A stretch of 16,733 nt of DNA from an uncultured bacterium (GTDB lineage: Bacteria; T1Sed10-126): positions 1-16,733 of the forward strand of contig CAZMIT010000030.1 of assembly GCA_964566495.1 (NCBI GenBank), read 5' to 3'. Each line of letters begins with the position of its first letter. Within the stretch, counting starts at the first letter, position 1. Below the pieces are notes generated by a model. It ran no database searches. It saw nothing but the letters and a program-made list of their open reading frames with translations, and was not told the DNA's origin. Shown piece by piece: positions 5,854 through 14,930 of this stretch. The position numbers and the translations under genes were made by a program.

Positions 5854-5882
5854 AGTGTAATATTATCAAACCTCCATGTGAA
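5854..5882 (-). promoter_or_regulatory. Possible second sigma-70-type promoter upstream of flagellin C
   Basis: Minus strand TTCACA-N17-TACACT. The region is AT-rich, so a chance match is possible. Confidence 0.35.
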
Positions 5883-5895
5883 AAAATTATCCTTC

Positions 5896-5915
5896 AGCCA
5901 GCATCCTTGCTGACT
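5896..5915 (-). promoter_or_regulatory. Distal CsrA-type GGA hairpin just downstream of csrA
   Basis: mRNA AGUCAGCA-AGGA-UGCUGGCU (8 bp, one G-U), with the same CAAGGAUG core as the flagellin leaders. Confidence 0.7.
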
Positions 5916-5933
5916 TTTTCTTATTTCAATCTA

Positions 5934-5962
5934 ATTATCGGACATTGATCGCCGTTTGTCAA
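5934..5962 (-). promoter_or_regulatory. Promoter downstream of csrA: sigma-70 consensus with an overlapping sigma-28-like -10
   Basis: Minus strand TTGACA-N17-GATAAT; the -10 lies within TCCGATAA; A/T tract upstream. Confidence 0.65.
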
Positions 5963-5971
5963 ATAATTTTT

Positions 5972-6223
5972 TTAATTTTCTTCTTTTTTCTCACCTTTTT
6001 GCTTCAAAAACTCGGCTACTGACCTGGTTTCCTCTCCGCTGGCGCGCGCCGCTTCGATGTTTTCCTTCTGTATTTCCTCATAAACCTCACGGCGGTGAAT
6101 CGGTATCTCACGGGGGGCTTCGATTCCCAGTTTGACCTGGTCCCCATCCTGGCCAACAATCATTATCTCAATATCGTCACCAATCATAACACGTTCGTCA
6201 ACTTTCCGGGTGAGCACCAGCAT
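5972..6223 (-). CDS. csrA: Carbon storage regulator / translational repressor CsrA
   Basis: MLVLTRK...IGDDIEI...[19 protein letters not shown] plus the C-terminal extension ([10 protein letters not shown]) typical of FliW-regulated CsrA. Start overlaps the fliW stop (TAATG). Confidence 0.98.
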   Translation of the reverse strand: MLVLTRKVDERVMIGDDIEIMIVGQDGDQVKLGIEAPREIPIHRREVYEEIQKENIEAARASGEETRSVAEFLKQKGEKKEEN

Positions 6224-6696
6224 TATTCGCTCCCGCCTTTCGCCACCAGTTCCTGGCGGCCGGACGCTTCCAGTTCGTCCAGAACCCGGTGGCGTACCGT
6301 ATATTCATCAACCTGGTTAATCACCTGCTTGGCCAGGAAATTTTCCTGGTTGACAATCAACGGTCCTCGAAAATTAATTGTCATCTCATCAGGGTTTTCC
6401 GGCACAACGACAATCGAATAAAGCATCAAATCGTCGACCGAATCGGCTTCTATCTGGTTCAGGTCCTCCGGTAATACCGACAGTTCATAATCCGGTCTTA
6501 TGAGGTTTGGGGGGACTACAACGAAAGCCAGGTCGGGATCGTTAATTGCCTGCAACCATTCAAACGGTTGCTCACTCTCCCGCCCTATAATCACATATTC
6601 TTCCTTGTCCTCAAATCCAAACAATCCTCCCTTAACCGTGACTATTTTATCCCTGTCAATCTCGATTTCGCCGTAGGGCTTCGACTGAATTTTCAC
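6223..6696 (-). CDS. fliW: Flagellar assembly factor FliW
   Basis: GLFGFE, FEWLQA...[23 protein letters not shown]...AKQVI motifs; GTG start; adjacent to csrA. Confidence 0.96.
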   Translation of the reverse strand: MKIQSKPYGEIEIDRDKIVTVKGGLFGFEDKEEYVIIGRESEQPFEWLQAINDPDLAFVVVPPNLIRPDYELSVLPEDLNQIEADSVDDLMLYSIVVVPENPDEMTINFRGPLIVNQENFLAKQVINQVDEYTVRHRVLDELEASGRQELVAKGGSE

Positions 6697-6737
6697 GATT
6701 GAATCAAACCCTTTCCTCGTATATCTGTTAAGTCGTC

Positions 6738-6772
6738 ATTATAAGTGTATACAAAATGCTAATAAAATGCAA
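6738..6772 (-). promoter_or_regulatory. Possible internal sigma-70-type promoter for fliW-csrA
   Basis: Minus strand TTGCAT-N17-TACACT, immediately followed by TATAAT, in the 199-nt flgL-fliW gap. Confidence 0.45.
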
Positions 6773-6895
6773 CTCTCAACCTTCCAGCGGCAGAACCTAT
6801 CGAACCCCCGTCATCGCAGGTAGGTTTTGTTCCAACGACCCGGCATTGTCGCGCTTGCTCCGAAAATCGATCTTGAGGTTTTGTCAGTCTGCAAT

Positions 6896-8542
6896 TCAGA
6901 CAAAATTAGCGAGACTTAAATTCATAATATTTGAGGACATTCTCAGTGAGGCCTCCTGGACCGTGCGGCGCCGTTCATGGTCTGATATTACTTCGGCCAG
7001 GTCAGCGTCCTCAAGCTGGGATATAAGCTCCTGCGTGTGTAATTTTCGGTCTTCAACCCGGTTTTCAGCCGAGTCCAACCTGTTTATTCGGGCCCCACCT
7101 ATACTCCGGTGAACGAGCACATTCTCTATCCCCAGTTGAATGTTCTCGATCGACTGTTGGAAACCTTCCGCCTCATTTTCAACGTCAGCCGGTGGTTCCC
7201 CCTGGAGAGTATTTCGAAAATCAATCAAAGTGTCAAAAATTGATTTCCCCTCCCGGAAAGCACCGTCGTGATATTCGACAGGATAGTTTTGTCTCTCCCG
7301 GGGGGCCGGTGGCTCGCCGTTCTGACCGATTATCCCAAGATCGTTCAGCAACCCCTGCTCGCCGTCACCGTTGTCTGGATTACGGTCAAAATCTCGCAAA
7401 TATATTTCATGCGGGGTTCGGGATTTTAGCTTGAACTGGACGTCATGGTTGTCCGCATCAAGATTTTGAACATTAGCCGGGGAGTGTTCAATCCCGGCTG
7501 AATCTATGAACTGCACGTCACCGTCTTCATCAACGTCGTCATTAAGTGAGATAATAACCTCATCCGCAGCTTCATCAATTTCCAGACCTGTAATTTCCAG
7601 GGTTTGCGTGTCGTCCTCATCCTTAATTCTAATTCTATCCCCTACCTCAGCATCCACCGGCAGATCATCCTGGTCAATAGTTATTTCGTTACCATCAAAG
7701 TCTACCACGTCATTTTCGTCAACTCCGCGCACTTCTTCAAACATTGACTCAACTGTGATTCCCATGTCGTTAATACGTTCTGCAACATCGATAATAGTAT
7801 CTTTGCTTGTATCGTAGTAAACTTGCCTGTCGTTGATCTGAAAGTAACCATCGCCCTTGGGAATATTGTCGTGCTCCGTCAGGGGGTCGTCAGTAAAATC
7901 GAAGTCCGCGCCGGGATCTGGATCAAAAGCTACCGTGTCAAAATCCCCGCGGGCGCTGTCATTAGTCGCCTGGAATATTTCACTACCAATTAAATTGGAG
8001 GGCATCTCTTCTCCGTCGCCAATTTGCTTGTTAGTATGGTTGAAATCACCGTTAAAATTAACTTCCTGTATTTGATCCTCACCATCCCTTTCAACGGTAA
8101 AAAGACGATCAAGATCTTCGGTTTCAGTGCCACCAAACAGGAACTGGCCGGCCAGTTGATTGTTGGCAATGTCTACCAGTTCTTCCACCCGCTCGTCCAC
8201 TTCGGCGCTGATCAGCTCCCTGTCTTTTTCGCTCAACGAGTCGTTAGCTGCCTGGACAGATAGTCCGCGCACTCTCTGAAGTAAGTTGGTTACTTCACTA
8301 AGGGAGGCCTCTGCAGTCTCCAGTTCATTGCGGGCTGAGGTAATGTTATCCCTGTATTGGTCGATTCTTCCCCGCTCGTTGTGATGTTCGAACAGCCGTA
8401 CCATGTCGGGGGGACTATCCGACGGCCGCGAGATCTGCTTCCCGGTGGATATTCTTTCCATAGTCTCCTGCAGATCAGCGGTATTCGACATTAAATTACG
8501 CTTTGGTTGCTCAAATTGCGTGATGAACGAGACTCGACTCAT
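6896..8542 (-). CDS. flgL: Hook-associated protein 3 FlgL (548 aa)
   Basis: ISTGKQISRPSDSP, ANNQLAGQFLFGG, IGGARINRLD, LEDADLAEVI, LSLANFV; downstream of flgK; strong SD. Confidence 0.96.
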   Translation of the reverse strand: MSRVSFITQFEQPKRNLMSNTADLQETMERISTGKQISRPSDSPPDMVRLFEHHNERGRIDQYRDNITSARNELETAEASLSEVTNLLQRVRGLSVQAANDSLSEKDRELISAEVDERVEELVDIANNQLAGQFLFGGTETEDLDRLFTVERDGEDQIQEVNFNGDFNHTNKQIGDGEEMPSNLIGSEIFQATNDSARGDFDTVAFDPDPGADFDFTDDPLTEHDNIPKGDGYFQINDRQVYYDTSKDTIIDVAERINDMGITVESMFEEVRGVDENDVVDFDGNEITIDQDDLPVDAEVGDRIRIKDEDDTQTLEITGLEIDEAADEVIISLNDDVDEDGDVQFIDSAGIEHSPANVQNLDADNHDVQFKLKSRTPHEIYLRDFDRNPDNGDGEQGLLNDLGIIGQNGEPPAPRERQNYPVEYHDGAFREGKSIFDTLIDFRNTLQGEPPADVENEAEGFQQSIENIQLGIENVLVHRSIGGARINRLDSAENRVEDRKLHTQELISQLEDADLAEVISDHERRRTVQEASLRMSSNIMNLSLANFV

Positions 8543-8568
8543 TTAATCCACCTCCCTTCTATGGCTGA

Positions 8569-11328
8569 TCATATTAATCGCATGATCTCGTTAGACATAT
8601 CGCGCACTGCTCCAATCACCCGGCTGGCCGCCTGGAAACCCTGTTGTTCACGGATTAACTTACTCATTTCCTCATCCAGACTAACCCCGGAGACGCTCTG
8701 TATTTGGTCTTCAAGCTGAAACACTAATTGCTCGGAGGCACGCTCCTCGCGACGCACAAGCGAGGAGTCGCTGCCAATCTCGGCGGCCATTTCGCTCAGG
8801 TGGTCGTCCATTGATTTCTCTCCCCGGGCCATTATATTTTGACCGTGAAGATTGGACAGTTCGTTCATTATTGAACCGTCCCCCTCACCTTTCATCGTAT
8901 CGGCAATTCCCGTGTTATCAATATCGTCGCCTCCGGAAGCAGCAATCAGGTCTGGATTGGCGTCTATCAGACTGTCCACTTCAAGAGCCGCCGCCTGGTC
9001 GGCCAGCGGCGGTCGCTGTGACTGCCCGGTGATCGCATATTCATTGCTGCGGGCGTCATGATACATTCTATTCATTCCCAAGCCGGCCAGCAGATTGCGG
9101 GTCTCGTGCTTGTTTTTGTGACTTCTTACGGTCCAGCCCTCGTCTTCATCAAAATCATCACTGTCAAAATCACTTTCATCGACGAATATAATTCCTTCAT
9201 CATCCTCATCGCCGTCATAAACTTTTTCAACCGTGGTTTCTACGACATTTGTTCCGTCCTCGTTTGCTAATATTAATGTATCCCCCTGGTTATAATTACT
9301 CGTCTCCTCCCCGTCAATGCTAATTCCCGTCCAATCCTGTGGGTCACCAGCGTCGTCCTCAGGCCAGTCTCCAATAGGCAATGGGTCATCATCATAAACA
9401 TCTTCAACAATATCGCTGGAAGTATCGTTAACCCGAAACTCGTCCTGTTGATTGTTTATATGAACGACAGCATCGCCGTCGTCATAATCATTTTCTAGGC
9501 TATCAACAGTAATTATTCCTTCCTCACGATTCACATGAATCACACGGGCTTCTTCCGCATCATCATCATCTGAAATACGAACGGTATCTCCCCTATTCAC
9601 GTCATAGACGTTCTCGATGTGCAGTTCCCTTTCATTCCCGGCTTCCACATCCTCTTCAAGCTCTTCCGCATGAGCCGTGAATAAGCGTAGCTCGTTTTCG
9701 CGGGTTATCGAAGCAACCACGTCCGAGTCTGCCTGCTCACTGGCCTCGTTGATTCTCTCAACCAAATCTTCCAGTGAATCCTCTTCCGCATCGTAATTTA
9801 TAGTGAAGTCATCAAACCTTTGCGAGTTAAATTCCAGCGTTCCGTTTTCATATTCAACATCGTCGAAAAACTCAAGTTCAGACAGCTCCTCAGCGGGGTC
9901 AGCAACATTTCTTGTTCCCTGCTGATTAAAACCGCCAACTGACAGAATATTTGTTTTATCAAGCAAGAGCCCATTGTCCCGCATTTCGTCAATCCGGTAA
10001 TCATTACTCTGAGCCCCTGTAATCACCAGCCGTTCGTCAGCGCTCCAGTAGGCCTGTGCGTGGTTGGGCGACTCATTAATGCGGTCAATTATGTCGTCCA
10101 GCGAATCCTCTTTCATGTTGTAATTAATTGAATGGCCGTTAATTAAAAGCGTTCCGTCCGGGTTATCTGATATCCCGCTGTCACCGTCAAAATTACGGGG
10201 CATTTCTCGGGCGTCATCGGACTCTCCGTCAATAAACAGAAGCTCGTCCGGTGCATCGACGTGACCGGCCTTACGTTCCGGATAATCACCACCAACGTCT
10301 CCCAGACCTTCAAACCTGAACATCCCCTCATCAGCGGTCGGAAGCTCCGACCAGAAGTTGTTGCGGCTCTGCTCCTGCATACCAAAACCGCTCCGGTGGA
10401 TGTCGTTGAAACGGTCAACCAGCCGTACAGTCAGGTCATTAAGATCGTCAATAATGTCTGGAATGCCTTCCCCCCGCATATCCATAAGTGCTTTCAGCTT
10501 ACCATTTTGCGGTGTGACAACACTTTCCAAATGATCATCATAAACAATTTTGCGCGGTTCTCCGGGGCCGGGCTGCCGAAAGTCAAGTTCATGGGACTCA
10601 CTGCCCTGCACAAGGGTGAAACCTGCAACGTTCACGCGAAATTGTTCCGATGTTTCCTGAACTGTAACGTCTATATATTCGGAAAGCTCACGGGTCAATT
10701 CGGTTCGTTGGTCAAGTAAATCGTTCGGGTTTGTCCCGCGGGCCTCAGAGGCATTAATCTCTCTGTTAAGCGAAGCAATATTCTCAGCGATATTATTCAT
10801 TTCATCAAGTGCTGACTCAATTTGTACATTAATGCTGTTTTCTCCTTCACCACCTCCAATATCGTTCAAGGTGCCGTAGAACCTTCTGATACCACTGGCG
10901 AAAGTTTCGGCCTGGCCGATAACCGTACGCCGGCTGCCCCGATTTTCCGGTTCGTTGGCCAATTCCTGCATGGCGGCGTTTAATTCTCCCAGCGTACCGC
11001 GCAGCCCCTCTTCCGAGGGCTCGTTCAGAGAGGTCTCTATGTCGTCGTAAAGAGTGGTTAACTGACTGAAGCGATTTAAATTTGAGGTGGATTGTCGCAT
11101 CCGCGTATCAAGCATGTGATCGCGAGCCCGGGTAATTTCAGCGACGTGAACACCGGTTCCAATGGTGAGCCCACCAATAACCTGGGGACGGTTGGTCTGT
11201 AGTTCAGCCCGCTGACGAGAATAACTCTTATTACCCGCATTGGCGATATTGTGGGCGGTGGTGTCCAGAGAACGCCGGGCCGCTAAAAGCCCCGAAAGGG
11301 CGTTGTCCATCGCCTGAAAACCAGCCAT
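8569..11328 (-). CDS. flgK: Hook-associated protein 1 FlgK (919 aa, large acidic insertion)
   Basis: TTAHNIANAGNKSYSRQR, IGTGVHV, NDLLDQR, SVSGVSLDEEMSKLIREQQGFQAASRVI. Confidence 0.97.
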   Translation of the reverse strand: MAGFQAMDNALSGLLAARRSLDTTAHNIANAGNKSYSRQRAELQTNRPQVIGGLTIGTGVHVAEITRARDHMLDTRMRQSTSNLNRFSQLTTLYDDIETSLNEPSEEGLRGTLGELNAAMQELANEPENRGSRRTVIGQAETFASGIRRFYGTLNDIGGGEGENSINVQIESALDEMNNIAENIASLNREINASEARGTNPNDLLDQRTELTRELSEYIDVTVQETSEQFRVNVAGFTLVQGSESHELDFRQPGPGEPRKIVYDDHLESVVTPQNGKLKALMDMRGEGIPDIIDDLNDLTVRLVDRFNDIHRSGFGMQEQSRNNFWSELPTADEGMFRFEGLGDVGGDYPERKAGHVDAPDELLFIDGESDDAREMPRNFDGDSGISDNPDGTLLINGHSINYNMKEDSLDDIIDRINESPNHAQAYWSADERLVITGAQSNDYRIDEMRDNGLLLDKTNILSVGGFNQQGTRNVADPAEELSELEFFDDVEYENGTLEFNSQRFDDFTINYDAEEDSLEDLVERINEASEQADSDVVASITRENELRLFTAHAEELEEDVEAGNERELHIENVYDVNRGDTVRISDDDDAEEARVIHVNREEGIITVDSLENDYDDGDAVVHINNQQDEFRVNDTSSDIVEDVYDDDPLPIGDWPEDDAGDPQDWTGISIDGEETSNYNQGDTLILANEDGTNVVETTVEKVYDGDEDDEGIIFVDESDFDSDDFDEDEGWTVRSHKNKHETRNLLAGLGMNRMYHDARSNEYAITGQSQRPPLADQAAALEVDSLIDANPDLIAASGGDDIDNTGIADTMKGEGDGSIMNELSNLHGQNIMARGEKSMDDHLSEMAAEIGSDSSLVRREERASEQLVFQLEDQIQSVSGVSLDEEMSKLIREQQGFQAASRVIGAVRDMSNEIMRLI

Positions 11329-11333
11329 CGGTC

Positions 11334-11828
11334 TTACACCGCCTCGTCAAAAACCATTGATTGCTTGTTCTCCTGGTCGCTCTTCTGTCCGCTCTCATCG
11401 TAAGTTTGTTCCTCTTCCCCGCCGTTCAAAACCTCGAAAACAGTTTCAAAAACATTATCTATGTCCCGCATTCTATTGCGTAAAGCCTCAGAAATTCGTT
11501 CAGTTTTAATCTGTATATCGCGGTTATTCCGCCGCAGTTGTTCGGCCAGCGACTGCAACCTATTACCCAGTTCGGAGCCCACTACCGGCAGTAAATCTTC
11601 AACTGTCGTTACTTCCTCGCCGGCTATTTCAACCCACAGGTTGCGCCGTTCTTCGTGTAACCCCCTGATTTCTCCGACCAGCTCACTGCCTTCTTCGTTT
11701 ATTTTGGCGAGCTTCTCTATCTCGCGCTCCAGTATCGCCTCCAGCTTACGTTCCAGCAGCGAGAGCAGTGTCTCGTGTTTTTGATTAAGTTCTTCCAAAT
11801 TATTTACCAGTTCAGTTTCTTTACTCAA
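11334..11828 (-). CDS. flgN: FlgN family export chaperone
   Basis: 164-aa helical protein directly upstream of flgK, with C-terminal TYDESG...VFDEAV typical of FlgN; TTG start with GGGAGG SD. Confidence 0.8.
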   Translation of the reverse strand: MSKETELVNNLEELNQKHETLLSLLERKLEAILEREIEKLAKINEEGSELVGEIRGLHEERRNLWVEIAGEEVTTVEDLLPVVGSELGNRLQSLAEQLRRNNRDIQIKTERISEALRNRMRDIDNVFETVFEVLNGGEEEQTYDESGQKSDQENKQSMVFDEAV

Positions 11829-11869
11829 GGTAAATTCCTCCCGGTAATAATAGTGGTTTTCATAGTTAA

Positions 11870-11896
11870 TTTTCGGCGGTTATTAAAGAAAGCTAA
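11870..11896 (-). promoter_or_regulatory. Possible sigma-28 promoter for flgN-flgK-flgL
   Basis: Minus strand TTAGCTTT-N11-GCCGAAAA. Confidence 0.5.
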
Positions 11897-11947
11897 AGCA
11901 AAAAGGGAGGAATGTTAGCCGGACAAAAAGACTATGCTGAGACGGGG

Positions 11948-12790
11948 TCAGCCAAGACCGGGCGGAAGCGAACGTGCGAGGACTAATCCGGCAACTCTTT
12001 CAACGCCACTTTTAAGCAGCTCAGCGGCGGCACACTTTAGAGTGGCGCCCGTCGTATAGATATCGTCCACTAACAGGATTGAACTGTCTACCACTCTATT
12101 TTTTTGTTGCTCCGATATGCGAAAACAACCGGCCAGATTAGCCAGGCGCTCGCTAAATTTCAACTCCGACTGAGCCGCGGTGGCATGACTCTTTTCCAGG
12201 GCTTTCAGGGAAGGCAGCTCGAAACGATGGGAGAGCTGTTCAGCGAGCTGGCCAGCCTGATTAAAGCCCCGCTGACGGCGTTTTCGGAAGTAAAGGGGCA
12301 GAGGAACCAGGTAATCCCATTTTTCTGGAACAAACTTCCCCTCTAACTGCCGGGCCATACGTTTACCCAGCCAGCTTCCCCAGTGCTCAAACGAGTTAAA
12401 TTTCCAATCGTGGATAATAGTTCGCAGTTCATCACTATAAGCATAGGTAGCGATTACAAACTCAAATTTTACAACCGAGAGGCGACAGTCTCCGCAGAGA
12501 GGGATCTCCGGCGGGATTGTTTTATCAGTTGAAAACCCGGTTGTAGCTTCAACCGAGCGACGGATCGGGCGAGCCCCCAGGGGCACGGCACAAAGCCTGC
12601 AAAGCGGTGGGTTTAAAAGGGGGAGTTTTTGTTCGTGCTCATGGCATATAGGCAGAGGAGTGAATTTTTTTGAACCGGCGGGTTTACCACAAAATAGGCA
12701 TTTGACAGGTAAAATTAAGTCCAGCAAGCCACGCAAAAATTTACGTAAGTAACTAATCTCCCAAGGACTCCAGCGAAATATATTCCTCAA
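11948..12790 (-). CDS. comF: ComF family protein (zinc ribbon plus phosphoribosyltransferase-like domain)
   Basis: CLFC, CRLC and CGDC pairs; VPLPL, RQRGFNQA, ILLVDDIYTTGATL. Start uncertain (38-nt overlap with the upstream gene). Confidence 0.92.
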   Translation of the reverse strand: MRNIFRWSPWEISYLRKFLRGLLDLILPVKCLFCGKPAGSKKFTPLPICHEHEQKLPLLNPPLCRLCAVPLGARPIRRSVEATTGFSTDKTIPPEIPLCGDCRLSVVKFEFVIATYAYSDELRTIIHDWKFNSFEHWGSWLGKRMARQLEGKFVPEKWDYLVPLPLYFRKRRQRGFNQAGQLAEQLSHRFELPSLKALEKSHATAAQSELKFSERLANLAGCFRISEQQKNRVVDSSILLVDDIYTTGATLKCAAAELLKSGVERVAGLVLARSLPPGLG

Positions 12791-14930
12791 GCAAATTGCC
12801 CGCCCGATCTCTCACTTTTACAAGCAGCTCACTTCTCCCGGTATCAGCAAGCGCACGTGTGTCCACGACGAGACTGGTCTCACTTTCGTGGTAGTAGGCG
12901 CTTAGTTCCTGACCATGATACAGCACTTTTTGATCTTCGTCGTGATAACCGGAAGGGGTTTCTGAAAGCCTAATTATCAACTTCTCTTCCCCTCCCCTGA
13001 AATCAATCTCTTCTATTTCAGGCGGTTCTCGATCGCGAAGCAGGGCAACAGTAGGGAGGGTCGAGAGATTGGCTTCACGCTCCCACTTTGGCCCGCGCTC
13101 ATAGCTTTCAAATGTTATGATTTCCCAGCGTTCAGCCGTGTCGTTCCAACGGTATAGCCCTACCTGGCGGGGACGATCAACGGTATCGGGGACAAAAGCG
13201 TAGAGGTAAAATTCGCCGCTGGTTTGAACGTGTTCAGGAAAAATTTTATATGCAGTGCTCACCGGTTCCAATCCTTCTCTAACTTTATCCAGAAGCTCAG
13301 GGCGCTCTTCAAAAAATACAAGCGCACTCTGATTTAATCCGCGTCCGTCTGAAAACAATGTGAAAGTACCCTCCGGACTGGCTACAGCCCCGGGTCGGTT
13401 ACGACGCAAAGTCTGAATAAAAACAGAATCGGAGGCAGAACTATTCTGTCCTTCCGTGCCCTCCACTGAAGCTTTCAGAGATACCCATCCCTGTTCGTCA
13501 TAATCCGGTGCCCACCAACCTACAAAGCGACCGGGTGATTTATGAATTAAATCAAGTGATTTAGTTCGCCCATTGGACTGTAGTTGTAACTTTGGCCAGC
13601 CCTGCCAGCCTCCCTGAAGTTTAACCAGTATTTCAATTCGATTGACCAGATTCTTTACTTTCAGGTCAAGCTCTGTTGTCTCCCCCTCAACACCTTTCAA
13701 CGGGGGGGAATATTGCTTTTGTATCCTTTGATGAGCGTTCATAGTTGTCGTTCTAAATTTACCATCGCCCGAACCAGCAGCCGCCATTCCACTATCTCGC
13801 AGATATCCCCAGTCCTTCGGTCGCGGCGGTAGCTTGGTTTCATAGGGAATATCCACCGCTGCTTTTTCTCCGGTACGAGTCCGCGTTTCAATCTGTATTT
13901 CTCCGCTGTTTCCGGCTTCAAAAAAACCGAGATATCTATTTCCGTCAGCAGTTTGATCCACTTCAGTCAGCTTCAGATAATATTTAGTTGGACCGATATT
14001 TGAACTATTTTTTAAATAATTTATAGCCGCCCCCTCGGAAGCCTCTTCGGGTGATAATTTATTGTAGGTCCGATTGCCAACCAGCACACCATCAACAAAA
14101 AGTTCAGTTCGATAAGGTAACGTGCGATTCGCAGTCCCCGGGTGCAGATTATAGAGTTTTACTGCAATAGCAATACGACCCCAGATCGCCAGTGGCTCCT
14201 CGCGCGGCAGAGAGATACGCTTAGCCCTCCCCTGGCCTTCAACCCAGCTTGAACCATCGAGAGGAATCAGGATAACTTCCTCTAACCGGGGCAGAGGATT
14301 GTACGGCAGCGGTGGGTCAAAATATCCAACCGGGTTAACAAACTCCCCCTGGGCATCTTTTAAACTAAAGTGCAGATGAACCGGCCCGCGACCGGTGTCA
14401 CCGGCTTTGCCTAACACCTGGCCACGATCAAGCTCTATTGCTTTGTCGGGTAGTATGTGAATCCGCGGCAGGATATCTTCCTGCAACTCAGCCTTTATTT
14501 CGGGAGCAATCTCGGCCAGGTGAGAATAGGAGCTTTGATAGCCCGATTCGTGCTCAATCACAACTGTTTTGCCGTAACGAACCGGATCAAAAAAGACCTC
14601 CACAACTCGACCGGTTTCAACAGCTTTAACCTGCCGGCCGGACTGATGAAAAGTTGAAAAATCTATTCCATTGTGTAGGCCGCACCCCCGAATTTCAGCA
14701 AAAGAACCGGAAATTTGAGTCGGTTCGTCCAGCGGCCAGCGAAAGGACTCCCCGTAAAGGGGTGAGACAAATAATAAGCCGCACAAAATCAAAACTATCG
14801 TTAGTGAGACCGAGGGCAGATCCGACCGAGGAGAGATGGTGTCTCGGACAATTAGAGGCAAATATTTATGACAGCTCGCCCGGACCGCGAGATACAACCG
14901 GCTGAAAGATAACAAACTCGTGAAGAACAT
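12753..14930 (-). CDS. M23 family metallopeptidase with a long C-terminal extension, probably exported
   Basis: HNGID (HxxxD), YGKTVVIEH, YSHL, GDTGRGPVHLHF (HxH). Hydrophobic segment LTIVLILCGLLFVSPLYG. The true start may lie downstream of 14930. Confidence 0.88.
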   Translation of the reverse strand: MFFTSLLSFSRLYLAVRASCHKYLPLIVRDTISPRSDLPSVSLTIVLILCGLLFVSPLYGESFRWPLDEPTQISGSFAEIRGCGLHNGIDFSTFHQSGRQVKAVETGRVVEVFFDPVRYGKTVVIEHESGYQSSYSHLAEIAPEIKAELQEDILPRIHILPDKAIELDRGQVLGKAGDTGRGPVHLHFSLKDAQGEFVNPVGYFDPPLPYNPLPRLEEVILIPLDGSSWVEGQGRAKRISLPREEPLAIWGRIAIAVKLYNLHPGTANRTLPYRTELFVDGVLVGNRTYNKLSPEEASEGAAINYLKNSSNIGPTKYYLKLTEVDQTADGNRYLGFFEAGNSGEIQIETRTRTGEKAAVDIPYETKLPPRPKDWGYLRDSGMAAAGSGDGKFRTTTMNAHQRIQKQYSPPLKGVEGETTELDLKVKNLVNRIEILVKLQGGWQGWPKLQLQSNGRTKSLDLIHKSPGRFVGWWAPDYDEQGWVSLKASVEGTEGQNSSASDSVFIQTLRRNRPGAVASPEGTFTLFSDGRGLNQSALVFFEERPELLDKVREGLEPVSTAYKIFPEHVQTSGEFYLYAFVPDTVDRPRQVGLYRWNDTAERWEIITFESYERGPKWEREANLSTLPTVALLRDREPPEIEEIDFRGGEEKLIIRLSETPSGYHDEDQKVLYHGQELSAYYHESETSLVVDTRALADTGRSELLVKVRDRAGNLLEEYISLESLGD

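Noticed and set aside
6791..6829. CAGAACCTA/TAGGTTTTG inverted repeat after flgL as a terminator
   Set aside because: It has a 21-nt loop, a wobble favouring the non-coding strand, and no U-tract on the minus strand.
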